Assembly: GCF_964204645.1 (NCBI RefSeq)
Contig: NC_134025.1
Location: 29,306,299 to 29,370,298, forward strand
DNA length: 64,000 nucleotides
Reading direction: 5' to 3'
DNA from: Tubulanus polymorphus
Lineage: Eukaryota; Animalia; Nemertea
Shown here: piece by piece, positions 44,016-56,471 of the stretch
How the letters are laid out: each line of letters opens with the position of its first letter
Numbering within the stretch: position 1 is the first letter of the stretch
Notes under the pieces: generated by a model
Seen by the model: only the letters and a program-made list of their open reading frames with translations
Databases searched by the model: none
Told to the model about the DNA's origin: nothing
Program-made: the position numbers and the translations under genes

Positions 44016-44785
44016 GTTCGTATAGATCATACTGTAACGGAGGCGACTCCGGCAAGGGAGTCTAGAGTAGGGCCCTACAAATGAAATAAAAACTATCACG
44101 ATCGGCAATAAATCATGAGTAATCGTTTGGTAATCCCGTCCCTGTTCAATCTCTGTCTAACATGGTCGTATTCCAATAGATGTTCAATCTTTCTGAGAGA
44201 TTCGGCCTTGACCTTGACTGCAGTCGACCATTAATAAAGAATAAATACCTAAACTACGACACTTCTTAACGCGTCGAAATATACAAACTCTGAGATAATC
44301 CATCGAAAATGAAATGCATGATAGGATTTAATGAAAAGTAATTTCCTACCCTTAACAGAGCCTCACGATTTTCATATTGACTTTTGATTGATGTAGAATA
44401 ATCTAAAATGTCGCCATTCATTCCCGTACATCAAAAAACCATCATTGCTGTTTCAATATTGTTTTTATTATGCGACGTTGACAGAAAACTCAGCGCCATT
44501 TGCAGCTTAAAACAATAATAAAGCGAAACTCGATTTCTATTTCCTTTTCTAAACAGACGCTTTATTTCTCTTAATAAACAACTAAAACATTGAATTATTC
44601 ATACTTGCATATTATACAAATAAATGTAATTAGACTATCATTCAGCATGAAAGGGAACTAGCTAGTATTTTTGTTTAGTCGAGATACCTCTTATACACGC
44701 CAATTGGAAAGGCTCTTTCGAATAACACTTATGACTGTTCGCTAGACATTTCGAAACATAAACGTTAAGTATTTTTTCCTTTCAG

Positions 44786-44927
44786 AACTAAACTGCTGTA
44801 CACTGCTACCCGGCGCCGACCGGTAGATGGTCTGAACAGCCTCAGATATAAGCTTTTATTCGTTAAAGAAGAACCTTTATACACGCATATAATGCTAGAC
44901 ATCGGAAAACCACCTCGGGGTGCGTGA
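44786..44927 (+). CDS. bre-4: GT7 constant exon 5 (terminal)
   Basis: tttcag|TKLLYTATRRRPVDGLNSLRYKLLFVKEEPLYTHIMLDIGKPPRGA*; DGLNSLxY and PLYT motifs. Confidence 0.93.
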
Positions 44928-46111
44928 CGGTCAGTCAGCTCATCAGTACCACTTCCACTGTAGGTTCTTACGAGTTGCCATATGAAATATATTGCCCGCC
45001 GATATCACAATCACTGAAACGCCAACCAACTCGGAATCTATTGTATTTACACCGAACAAAACATCGAAGTGACGATTCACCCAATTCGAGTCCTTATCAA
45101 AATATGGAACGAATTCCATGGTGCTAATATCTAGAAACAAATACTGATCGAAGAGTGAAGCGACGGATTAATAATAATCCGTTGAATGTGAGAATTGAAA
45201 ACGATTCCTCGTCAACAATTATTGACATTTTACCTCATAAAACAACGAAATAAGTATTAAAACTTATATGAATTTTTTGCCATCTTCTTCGAATTTAACT
45301 TGCACCATTTTGTCCATGATGTGGTTTTAAACAGCCCCAAAATGTTTATCGGGACGATCGCTTTATGAATCGTATAGTATTGAACAGCGCTGATTGAATG
45401 ATCGAAGTCTGAATTAGTTCATTATCGGTAAAATTGCCAATGAAAAGTGTAGAACTGACTCCTGTAATATTGACTGCTTTATTTGTTTGTCTGTTTGTGA
45501 GTATAATGTAAATTAATAATGATATAATTGTCGCAATAATCAATGAGTATGTGTGTATGTATGTATTAGATCATGAATTAAATAGTATTATTTTTATATC
45601 TATAAACTCAATCTCGATTTGGCTTAAATCGATATTTGTCGTTTCATTCGTTTCTATTCGATAGTTTTTCAGAAGTGCGTAAATCACAAGAATACGCTAT
45701 CTCTGTGATTAAGCGATTCTATCAATGGCTTGCATACCGATGATCACATACAAGGTCGGTGCAGAAACGACATTTAACGTTTTACAGTAGAGTTGTTACA
45801 TTTTCATAACCTGAAAAAAAATTCCGAAGAAATTTTGTACATGTACAAAGCAGTTTGGCATGTAGGACGCAAGGTCACGCACTGTTACATAAATTAAGCT
45901 AGTGACGTAGTTGATTTTGCTGCAGGCACTGTACACGATAACTTAACAACGATCATCGCAGATAGACCTTATTCACAGACGTCACGCGTATTGTTTACAT
46001 ACGTCATATTGGCCGCCAAAATGTCGGTCATTCGGCCAATTAGTTAGCCACTCGCACTTAACGGATATTATGATGTCACGTAAAAAAAGCTCTATCACGA
46101 ACAAAAGACCT

Positions 46112-49100
46112 CTATAATGGAATATAATTGTTTACCTTGATAAAAAACAAGAGTGATTTGTGACGGCAGTACTTACCGTCATCCTCATTCTCGACGAAGT
46201 TATCAATGGCTGCTTTGTAATGAACGCAACCGGGCATACATGGTAGAGTCTCCTCAAAGCCCTCTTTATTATCCAACCAATATGTAATTACGTTACCCTT
46301 ACCCTATACATAAAAAACGAGTGAAAGAGAGAGAGAAATGTGTATCATTACTACGTATAAAATGAAGGAAGATGTGAACAGTCGTTGCGCTACTCACCTC
46401 GAGTTCCATCTGGCCTCTAGCAGTTGCCACGAATGATTTATCAAAGCTTAACAAATCGCGAGTTGATTGACTGATATGGATCTTCATAGCTATGAAATAT
46501 AAATTTAGAAATATATTTTATGTATTCGTATTTCCAATGTTTCACGAACAAGAAACCAATGTCGTACGTTTTCCGCTGGACTCCATCCTAGAAGCGATAT
46601 TCACCGTATCACCAAACAAACAATACCTAGGCATCTTTGATCCGACTATTCCAGCCACAACGGGTCCTGAAATGGGAAAATCGATGTGTTTTATTAATAA
46701 CAATGCGTTAAGAACGACGAAGATTGCTAACTTCTATTTACCCGAATGAATTCCGATTCTCAGTTTTAGTTTAGCTGGAGCTATTTGTGGAATTTCTAAA
46801 TGTGTTATGTGATGCATCAGATCCAGCGATAGCATAGCAATCTCGAACACATGCTGGCGGCCATTGCGTTCCGGAACACCTTCAAAATCGAGGAAATAGT
46901 TGTCAACAAAACTATAATCAACCTGTACAAATCAGAGAGGTCCAATACCATTACGGTAATATATAACACCCCACACTAACAAAGAAAGAAAGGTCCGAAA
47001 GGTTCTTTTTCGACATTTTGATTATATCCTCATCTTCGGGAATGCTGTTTTTCTGAGTGCGGGGTTTTCTATATTACCGTTACACACACAGGGACAGAGT
47101 GTTTCATTAATGGGTAATACCTGATACGATCATGTACGCATCGCCAATAGTTTCAACCTTGTAAACATCGTAGGATTGAAGCCTCGAATCGAAGCACTTG
47201 TACAACGAGTTTAACATCTCGATTACTTGCATCGGGGTACAGTCCGACGTGATACGAGTAAACCCGACTACATCCGACAGAAATATCGTGCCCTCGTCGA
47301 ACGATTCGGCCTCTACGGCTTCGTTCTTCTTCAACTGATCAGCGACGGTCATAGGCAACATCTGACACAGCAGGGAATCCGTTCTTTTACGCTCGCGATT
47401 CAATGCTTTCGACTGATCGGCCAATGTGAATGCATATTTTTGGATGTCGTTGATGATGGCCCTGATCGAAACGATGACCAGCGGGCAAATAAACAGAACC
47501 AATACGCATAGACCGATACTGACTGAAACGCTGTATTTATCCCTTTGTAATGAAGATTCGAGTCGTCGAAGAATTGCCGATGCCATTTTCATTTGTATCT
47601 CGAATAAGATATCGATATACGTGGACATATTATCAAACCACCACGTACTCATTTCCCAAGACGGGTTTCTATCGGTCATATTATTACGACTGATATCTTT
47701 TCGCATCACTTCGATGTGATGCGTGAAATTCGTTCCTTCGTATTTTTGCAATTCTTCGTCGAATATCTCCTGGATTCTGGATGAAAATCGTTTGGCAGCT
47801 TGATAGTTACCGATACCCACGTTATGCTTCTCTAAATACCACAGATAATCGCTGTACGTGTTAAATTTTCCTTTCGAGAAAAATATTCCTCCCAATGTCC
47901 TCTCGACTCCCATATCTTCTTTAGATACGACTAACAGCTGATACGCCACTAGGGCGCGCCACTGGTCTCCATCTCTGGAATCTTGAATACCCTCGTACAT
48001 CCATTCGATGAAAGTACGAATTGTATTTGTGTAGAAGTCGATTTCTTGGTAGACATCGGTTTTCGTTGCGTCCAGCTTTTTACGATGACTGTTGAGGTAC
48101 GACCAGAAATCATTCTTGCTCCTGAACTCTTTTGTTACCGATGTGGACGGCCACCTGGATATGGCTTTTAGAGCTTTATCAGTCTCCGGGTATCTGGAAA
48201 TAGAGATGATATCAACGACTGTAAGACAACGAAGTCGTGGTTGCCAAATACGCAGAGATGCCGTAGTCGTGGTTACTGACTACTAGCATACAGATTACAA
48301 AAAAACTTGAAATCTATTGACGCCTGAAAAAATAGCATTTGATATCGTCGACAATGATCAACTCAACGACAATAACAAAATTATTGGAAGAATTAGACGA
48401 ATATGAAACCAGGACTCAACCGTGTGTGTGGTGCATGGCGTAACGCTGTATCTCACTGGGGGTGGTGGAAAGAATGTATCAACAATTGAATTGACCGGCA
48501 ACCAGTCTATCCCTAATATTGATGACGTAGTGCACACCCAAAGCCGATTTTGACATTTAGAATAACCAAAAAGACATGAAAATTCATTAAATCGAAAATA
48601 TGAGTCATGGGATTTGTGACTTCATTGAAAAACGCCGATATTAATAGAATACGTTATGATAAAGATTTTTGCGTCTTGAGATGAAAGTACGCTGCAGACG
48701 TTACCTGTCTTTCAGGAACATCCTCGTTTCAGCGCCGAGTGAACTCAAATGTAAAGCCGTCATGTCTCGTTCCCTTTGTAAGTAATGCACTAACATACCA
48801 GTCTGCGTACTGAATCGAATAGTATCGCTCATCTTAGACTTCATTTCATTATCTCTCGATATTGAACTAAGGCTGGCCATTGTCATCGCCATCAATGCGA
48901 AAATCGGTATGAAAGTCAAAACCATCATTTTTGCCATCTGCGTTCGTTTACCTGAAAATGTATCATTACGTTTTTCCGGCGGGGATTACCCTTATTTCAT
49001 TTATAAGAAAATCATAATATCTGACTCAAATGAACTAATTTCAACCAGAATTAACGCCAACTCACGACCGTGGAACTGAATCCTGTGGTTCGAGTAAATT

Positions 49101-49422
49101 CAAATTTTTAATTACGGGATTTCTGCATCAATTTAGTGTATACTTACATATCATACCACACTGGGACGATGTTTTGTACGATATACAAGAAATATCTATT
49201 ACCATTATCGTTATTCTTACCTCTTCTAGTAATGGGATTCCCGCGACATACTCCTAATGCACCGCTTTGATGATCAGCTATATTTAGAATCTGTCGAATA
49301 GCGTCATCCAATTCAGCGGCTGAACTTACAGATGCACTGGAACCAGCGTGCGGTGATGCATCGGCAGTGCTGTGTACTCGATTCCTTTTAAGCATGTTCG
49401 GAATTTTTGAAATGCGTAACAT
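46112..49422 (-). CDS. NIT-domain transmembrane guanylyl cyclase (NIT-GC-like), ~680 aa; exons 49422-49221, 48951-48705, 48193-47121, 46879-46742, 46666-46568, 46489-46398, 46303-46112 (or spliced at 46177 to 45810-45782)
   Basis: All introns are GT-AG and frame-consistent. TM1 ([16 protein letters not shown]), NIT-like [10 protein letters not shown] and [10 protein letters not shown]2, coiled-coil EKKRTDSLL-like segment, then class III cyclase motifs [53 protein letters not shown] and GKG...TYWL. The E and C specificity residues indicate GTP substrate. Confidence 0.88.
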
Positions 49423-49906
49423 TTTGGAAACGAACAAACAAATCTATATTTTCCAATGCAAGATATTGCGTATATGGCGTATGACTAATAGCTTACGATT
49501 CCAGCACCAGAACTACATCTCACAAGTCGTTCGCTCGCATGAAATGCGTTTTCATGATGATTTTCCTCTTATCGTAAATGATTTATCCATTATATCATAA
49601 GCTACAAATTAATCAGCCAGAAAAATCGACAGGGAATCTGCATAATCAGCGTATGACATAATTCGTTATGTCGATGATGGATATTTGTTGTGTGTGAACT
49701 GAGAAATGCATGAAAAAACTAAGAAATAAATGTATAAATAGCCTATTATTGATAAAGCCAACGCATTATCCATATGTATCAATTCTATTAACATTCAAAT
49801 TATTTTATTAAAGAAAGCACAACAACAGTTACACTATTCACACGCCGTATAAAGCCACAAAGCGTCAACACCGGTTTTTTTTTTTTGTTAAGATACGGAG
49901 AAAGTT

Positions 49907-51547
49907 TTAGACGCTTGAAACGATAGTAAAAATCTCTCCACCCGGTACACTTATATACAAATCCTCGTTATTAGACCGGTTACTGTCTTGTCTCTTGAAT
50001 AAAGGCGATTCTTGTTCAGTGGATAAAAGCGCCATCTGAGATTCCGGTGCCGCTAAACGACCGTTTGTTTCCGGAACTGTTAATGAATTACCGCGATCAT
50101 CAGCGCATTCTGTAAAATCGTTTTGATCTGATAGCGCTACGATATCATCGTAAGAATGACTCGGACTCAAATTGACGCTTCGTCTATTGATTATATGTTC
50201 GACACTAAAACGCCGTAAGAAGTTGGCGATGCTTTGCCGGGGTGAATTGTTAGGTACAGGTGGTATGATCAGCGAACCTTTTCGAGATAGCGGTTGCACT
50301 GGATAGTCCTTCAGTATCGCTTTACAAATTAGGCAGCAAACACCGACGATACATCCGGCAAAAACGACAATCCCTAACACCGACAGTGACGCGATGATCG
50401 CCGCTGGGGGCACATCGGTGGCTAAACATTCTCCTAGAGTAACAGAGAACAAAAATGATAATTAGATCAATACTGTCTTTGTTTATGGGTAATGAGAACT
50501 ACTTAAAACAGTTCAAGGTAAAAGAGAGACATGTGACAATCTTAAGGGAATCGGATCTGGCGTCTCCGAGACCGTGATGAAAGAGTCTTAATATCAATGC
50601 GCCTTGGGATAAACAGTTCCCTATTTCAATATGTTCATGATTTAATTAGTGACAGACTTACAGACACTTCGCTCAGGGACAATATTAACTAACACGCAAT
50701 GACTGAGCTAAAACCATTCGCTTTTTTTTAAATGTATATCAGTTGGCAATTCACTCGTGTTGGTAATTTGCATGTAAAACATTGAAATAGACGCCGTATC
50801 AATTATGATGAAAACATCCGGCACCGATATAACGATTAGCAAGTGACAGTGAAATTACGTGCACTCACCGGGGTTCGAACCCGGCTGCCATAGAGACCAG
50901 TTAAAACCAATAATAGAACTAACTATCTATTAGATTTGATTCATATTAGTCATGTTAAGCGTATTGGTCCACTCTTGGAGTAACCATTTGAGTCAAATGA
51001 TTACTCCAAGGTCCACTTGACCAGTGGTTATACGGCTAGATGTCTGCGTTACACCGGTTGAATAGTTTAGGGAAAATTAAAACCCTAGAGACGTACACCA
51101 CATGGAATTGGATACCTCCGACTACCAGCTAGGTATCGTACGGAATTTTTCGTTATATCCAGCGTTGCATATTTTGTCATAAAGACACGATACATGAACG
51201 ACTTAAAGACACTTGCATAGAATTAACTCTTATCATCCGCGTGGATAATTGACTCGTTAACTTTTGAATAGTACTTGACTATTTGAAACGTCGAACAAAT
51301 CTGGCACACGTAATCATCGGTTAAAAACATCGACGAAAACCTTTGAATAATTTTAAACAACGATGAAAACCAACTGAATAATTATCGAATCATAGCTCAA
51401 TTCATCGAATATTTTCATTCGTCACAAAAACAGTTTGTGTTCAAATGCATACAGTTTGTCACATACGCAGTTTTGTCGGTAAACGCGTGTCAGGTGCTTA
51501 CCTGTTAGCTCACTTAAGATAATGAACATGCATGCTGTGAGCCACAT
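49907..51547 (-). CDS. Uncharacterised single-pass membrane protein, 190 aa (exons 51547-51502, 50433-49907)
   Basis: MWLTACMFIILSELT G|gtaagc joins ctctag|(G)ECLATDVPPAAIIASLSVLGIVVFAGCIVGVCCLICK in frame, giving a signal-peptide-like start, one TM helix and a long cytoplasmic tail ending IVSSV*. Confidence 0.65.
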
Positions 51548-52552
51548 TTTATATCATCTTGCAGCGGATATCCACGATTTTACGACCGTAACATGATCTG
51601 CAGACAATAGTTATACATTCCACCTAACTTACAACGACGTATCCAGGCAATTTTCCGAAACGAGACGAACTTTACCATTTTTTTATTGAAATTCCTAGAA
51701 TATGTTCATTTCTCAGCCGGTATATTCACAATAATCGAGCCGTTTTAATAGAAACACCGCTATACACATGCCACCATTACGAACTCGCGTACTTTTTACG
51801 CTAATGTTTCTATATAACTGGTATTATCTTTTCATAAACGAACAAATGGGGACTACAGTAAAGAACTGATGGTCGTCTATCCACTGAAGGTTGTTTCTTT
51901 ATACCTAACCTACAAATAATCGCACAAATGATTCAAAGACGGATTACAATCAGTATTTGCCGAAGGCTCTGATTTTAACTTAAATGAATAGATCTAGATC
52001 GAGGTATTGCACATTGCGCCTGATTGCGATTATAATCCTTTACAGTTGAGTTATTTTTATGTTAATTCTATATTTAAATGGAAGTCATGTACGAAGACAT
52101 ATGACGGATTATTTGACAGCTTTTTCTAAGATTCGTAACATATACTTTTTTCTAAGACGGCCACGCACCTGTCAAAACCGAGACCCGGGGTGTTGTACCG
52201 CAAATCGATGCACGTCGTGTGCACCAGATGGATTTAACATCCTCACCAGATAATATAAAACCTTTCATTACGAGCGAGACTGACGTATTTCTCATAACAC
52301 CAGTTGCGGAGTAGAATCATCACCACTGGTCGAAAACCGCGTAACGCCACTGATCGTGAAAGAAATACGACACGTAACTCGGCCTATGATGAATCATTAA
52401 AAAACTGATTCGCTTCGCTTTTTTATATCCTGCTATTTTATTGACGGTGAAAGAGTATCCACACATAGGAAAAATATCCTGCACAGTACAGAGAAGAATA
52501 ATGAGTTTGTGAGCTTTCCTTGAGCCGTAGTTTTTATTTTCAACGTTTCTAC

Positions 52553-53183
52553 GATAGTCATATTCAAGAATACTCACAAAAGTCATCTCCAAGAATACTC
52601 ACAAAACTCATCTTCAGGAATACTCACAATAGTCATCTTCAGGAATACTCACAATAGTCATCTTCATGAATACTCACAATAGTCATCTGCAAGAATACTC
52701 ACAAAAGTCATCTTTAGGAATACTCACAATAGTCATCTGCAAGAATACTCACAAAAGTCATATTCAAGAATACTCACAATAGTCATCTCCAAGAATACTC
52801 TCAAAAGTCATCTTCAGGAATACTCACAATAGTCATCTCCAAGAATACTCACAAAAGTCATCTTCAGGAATACTCACAATAGTCATATTCAAGAATACTC
52901 ACAAAAGTCATCTCCAAGAATACTCACAAAAGTCATCTTCAGGAATACTCACAATAGTCATATTCAGGAATACTCACAAAAGTCATCTTCAGGAATACTC
53001 ACAATAGTCATCTCCAAGAATACTCACAAAAGTCATCTTCAGGAATACTCACAAAAGTCATCTTCAGGAATACTCACAATAGTCATATTCAGGAATACTC
53101 ACAAAAGTCATCTTCAGGAAAACTCACAATAGTCATCTTCGGGAATACTCACAATAGTCATATTCATGAATACCCACAATAGT
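52553..53183. repeat. Minisatellite, 25-bp unit x ~25
   Basis: aggaatactcacaatagtcatcttc and variants. Confidence 0.95.
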
Positions 53184-53223
53184 ACTGAAGATGACTTGAT
53201 TAGTATAAAGTCGAAACGTTGAG
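53182..53223 (+). ncRNA. Hammerhead ribozyme-like motif (stem I degenerate)
   Basis: CTGAAGA t gactt-gattagtata-aagtc GAAAC GTT. Confidence 0.45.
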
Positions 53224-53536
53224 AAAATAACTATAGCTAAAAGAAACTTTCGGGAAGATTTGTTTCATCTCTGTATTTTGGGTTTTCTCACCGTATATTA
53301 TAGTTTCAACAAGGTCACAGTGTTTCATCGATATTAGTATCTATACATGATAGTCTGTGTTATCTTCACGTTAAGATGATCACAATCCATCGATGAAAAA
53401 CATTACTTTTCAAAAATTTTTTTCATATCATTCGAAATTGTTTAAAACAGAGCGGTTTTGATCACCTCGTTACTTGCCGTTTTTCACGTTTTTTCAGCAT
53501 GTTTACGAGAAAGCGTTTATTACGTGTTTGTTGGCG

Positions 53537-54817
53537 TCATACGGAGTTGTGCGGAGATTTAGCCGGCTGGTAGTGTGTCATCAGGGATGAACGGGTATGA
53601 CTCGTCATCGGTAACCAGTCGCTTTTCAGTGTCTTGGGGCAAACTATTTTCAGCACCAGTTTCCTGAAACGTTTCCCGACAAGGCAATAAATATAGAAAT
53701 TCACGCATGAATTTATCGCGGAAAGGATGTAAGTAGCGCGCATTGCGTACACAAGATTCAGGTTATGTTTTAGTGAGCTCGACGGAGACAGATACGAAGA
53801 ATAAAATACAATAGTGTTTAATATAACGGCAGGTGATTCTAATATAATAAAAGTAGTTACTACGGCGATTACGCGTTCGGTAACGTTATCACGTGACTCG
53901 CGTCCTTGTGACGTCAGACGCGACTGAATGCGGCGCGCTTTGCGAACGGCTCTAACGAGAAATATATTGAGAATCACGAGTAAAGTCAACGGCACGAAAA
54001 ACATTATCAACAAGTATAGAATATTCACGTAGATCAAAGTAAAGTATTTGTTGTTCATGAGCATTGTATTATTAACGTACGGTTTCGTTAGATTTGTACA
54101 CGGGTCGAGTTTATAGGCGGTTTTGACGTACCATATTTTTGGTATATTGTAGGCTACCGAAAATGCGCATACGAACGCTATTCCGAGCATGGCGTTACGT
54201 TTTGTACAAAATGACGTCGCGCGTAACGGTTTACAAACGGCAACGTAACGATCGATGGTGAGCAAAACGACCGTATAAACGCTGAAAGTTTTACTAACCC
54301 ACAACGCGAACCAGATGTATCGTTTAGCGTACATGAACCATTCGTAATATTCCACAAAACGGCGCGTAAACACAAATATATGCGGGAACGTGTAGAATAA
54401 TACGTACGTCACTAATACGAAGTTATCGGCGACGGAAAGAACTCGCAGAATTAAATCCGGGGTTCGACCCCCTCGAGCTCCTTCGCGGCGTAATACGATG
54501 TATGATAGAGTGTTGGTGATTAATCCACAGAACGCGATTACCGATAAAACCGGTACGAATAACACGAAAATAAATATCTCGTAGTTCGGATTTTTCACGA
54601 TATTGCCGTCGTCGTAGATACATTTTAAACGGGCGATCGAAGGGACGCTTGTGTTGATGATTGTAACGCTGGGGCCGGTTACAGGCCGTTCATAGTCGTA
54701 AGGCGCGATGCCGCCATCATAAATTCCAGGGTTAGACGTAGGTTCAGGTGGCTGTGTATGCGATGGTAAGGCCATACTGACACCGGACCACACGATTACA
54801 GTATTGATGTCAACCAT
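53537..54817 (-). CDS. Class A (rhodopsin-like) GPCR, FMRFamide/peptide receptor-like, 426 aa, intronless CDS
   Basis: Seven hydrophobic segments; LSVADN (TM2), TIDRYVAVCKPL (TM3), YNIP (TM4), FFVPLTLLVILN (TM5), NSCVNFYIYCL (TM7). A splice acceptor atttcag at 54834 precedes ATG 54817. Confidence 0.9.
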   Translation of the reverse strand: MVDINTVIVWSGVSMALPSHTQPPEPTSNPGIYDGGIAPYDYERPVTGPSVTIINTSVPSIARLKCIYDDGNIVKNPNYEIFIFVLFVPVLSVIAFCGLITNTLSYIVLRREGARGGRTPDLILRVLSVADNFVLVTYVLFYTFPHIFVFTRRFVEYYEWFMYAKRYIWFALWVSKTFSVYTVVLLTIDRYVAVCKPLRATSFCTKRNAMLGIAFVCAFSVAYNIPKIWYVKTAYKLDPCTNLTKPYVNNTMLMNNKYFTLIYVNILYLLIMFFVPLTLLVILNIFLVRAVRKARRIQSRLTSQGRESRDNVTERVIAVVTTFIILESPAVILNTIVFYSSYLSPSSSLKHNLNLVYAMRATYILSAINSCVNFYIYCLVGKRFRKLVLKIVCPKTLKSDWLPMTSHTRSSLMTHYQPAKSPHNSV

Positions 54818-54906
54818 GTTAATACCACGGTGTCTGAAATGATATAAATAGGCATATATATTATATGTACACATATATATACACCCGATAGAATTGTGGT
54901 CATCAA

Positions 54907-55180
54907 TAGTAGGAACCATACATGAAGAAATCCCACACTTCGAATTTAGAATTATACGATTAAATTTATTCTTACGAAACCACAGCGTTTCGGCTGTTGA
55001 CTTACAGCCATCATTAGGTGGCTGTTCCACCTGATGATGGCTGTTAGTCAACAGCCGAAACGATGTGGTTTCGTAAGAATAAATTTAATCGTATAATTCT
55101 AAATTCGAAGTGTGGGATTTCTTCATTTATCTACAGTATACACGGATTATAGTGTTTATTCGACAACTAGTAGGAACCAT
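54907..55180. mobile_element. Palindromic Penelope-like insertion with two head-to-head hammerhead motifs and a 13-bp TSD
   Basis: Arms 54922-55021 and 55027-55126 (~3 mismatches, 5-nt loop), 41-nt tail, direct repeat tagtaggaaccat at 54907-54919 and 55168-55180. Confidence 0.75.
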
Positions 55181-56471
55181 CTATGATGGTTTCCGACCAT
55201 TGGTGCATTATTTAATACTTGGGGAACAAATGTGGTTTTTGTGAGTAAATAGTTTTTGTGGAAATTGTGTGGATTTTACCACTATGAAAGGCGGGCGTAC
55301 CGGTCGACGCGATCGGTTGCAACTGGTCGCAAATAGTCACAAACTGCGACGTGATTGTCAGCGACGTTACGCGGCCAGTCTTTTTTGATAGCACTCCCCC
55401 CCGTCGTAGAGATAATTAAAAACATGTGTGGCAAGTTGCGACTGGCGTCATTGATCGAAGGTACGTATAGGTCGATGAGTCATTGTGATGGCGCAATTGT
55501 CGCTGGTGGTCGTAGAGAATCGCATCGCAACGAATCGTCGTATTGCAACAACGAGGGAGGTTATGGGACGTTATATACTCTTGTTACAACGGATCGTTCC
55601 GTTACGTCAGATATTATGCTTGGGTTTAATGATTATTATGATGTGTTTAAGAACTGCACGTATTTCGCTTATATTTGCTTTGCTGTTTTCATTTTGCGGC
55701 GATACGGTATTTTTTACACTAAATACCATGCTGCCAGTTCTGTACAATACCAATCCCTCGGTATCAAATTCCCCCATTCTAAACATCAGATTAAACAACA
55801 TCGTTCATCATGATATCAATTCGTAAGTAAAGGTTAGTGGTCGCTCAGATAATCAGTTACTCAGCAAGAGTGTGGCAAGCCATGATTCATTCATCAAAAA
55901 GCTCACGACGTAACCTTTCATAAAGAACGGGCTACTACCAAACGAAAATAGCATCATTAGATGAATGTTCACAGCAGTTCTTTAAAGATCGAGCGTTGGT
56001 TTCACTGTTCAATGACTCCCCTGCCATTTCCATCCCTTTTCCTTCAAAGAGGAAATAAGTTACGCGAGCAACTCGAGAACTCGGTGGTGAATAGCTCATC
56101 TTATATCGCATAGGGCGTGATTTGAAGTCATCTTCTTGATAGTAGCGATACCATCAATGATCCAAAACGTTTGCATTTCAACTTCTTTTATACGTAACCA
56201 TCAAACTTACACAGGCGGAATTCCAACAAGCAAAAGTTAACAACGACGCCGTAAAAACCCTTACAATAAATAAAGTTTTTATACAAGTTTTATATTTATG
56301 TACATTGATACATAATATACAATGTACGTTATTTAAGGGGTTCTGTGTGAGTCGACTCTGTTGATCTTTGATATTATACATTGTATGATATTATTCATTA
56401 TCAACAACGTTAAGCAATATATGTGTTATTCTTCGAGGCGTCAATAAGCTTTCAAGTTAGTTCCTTGTTAA

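Noticed and set aside
52553-53183. CRISPR-like array
   Set aside because: Contiguous 25-bp units without spacers, and no cas genes.
54818-55051. N-terminal extension of the GPCR ORF (504 aa)
   Set aside because: It runs through a splice acceptor (54834) and a palindromic mobile element; ATG 54817 is the more plausible start.
55355-55826. Overlapping 152-aa and 113-aa + strand ORFs
   Set aside because: Non-ATG starts in the track, no domain features and no supporting splice structure.
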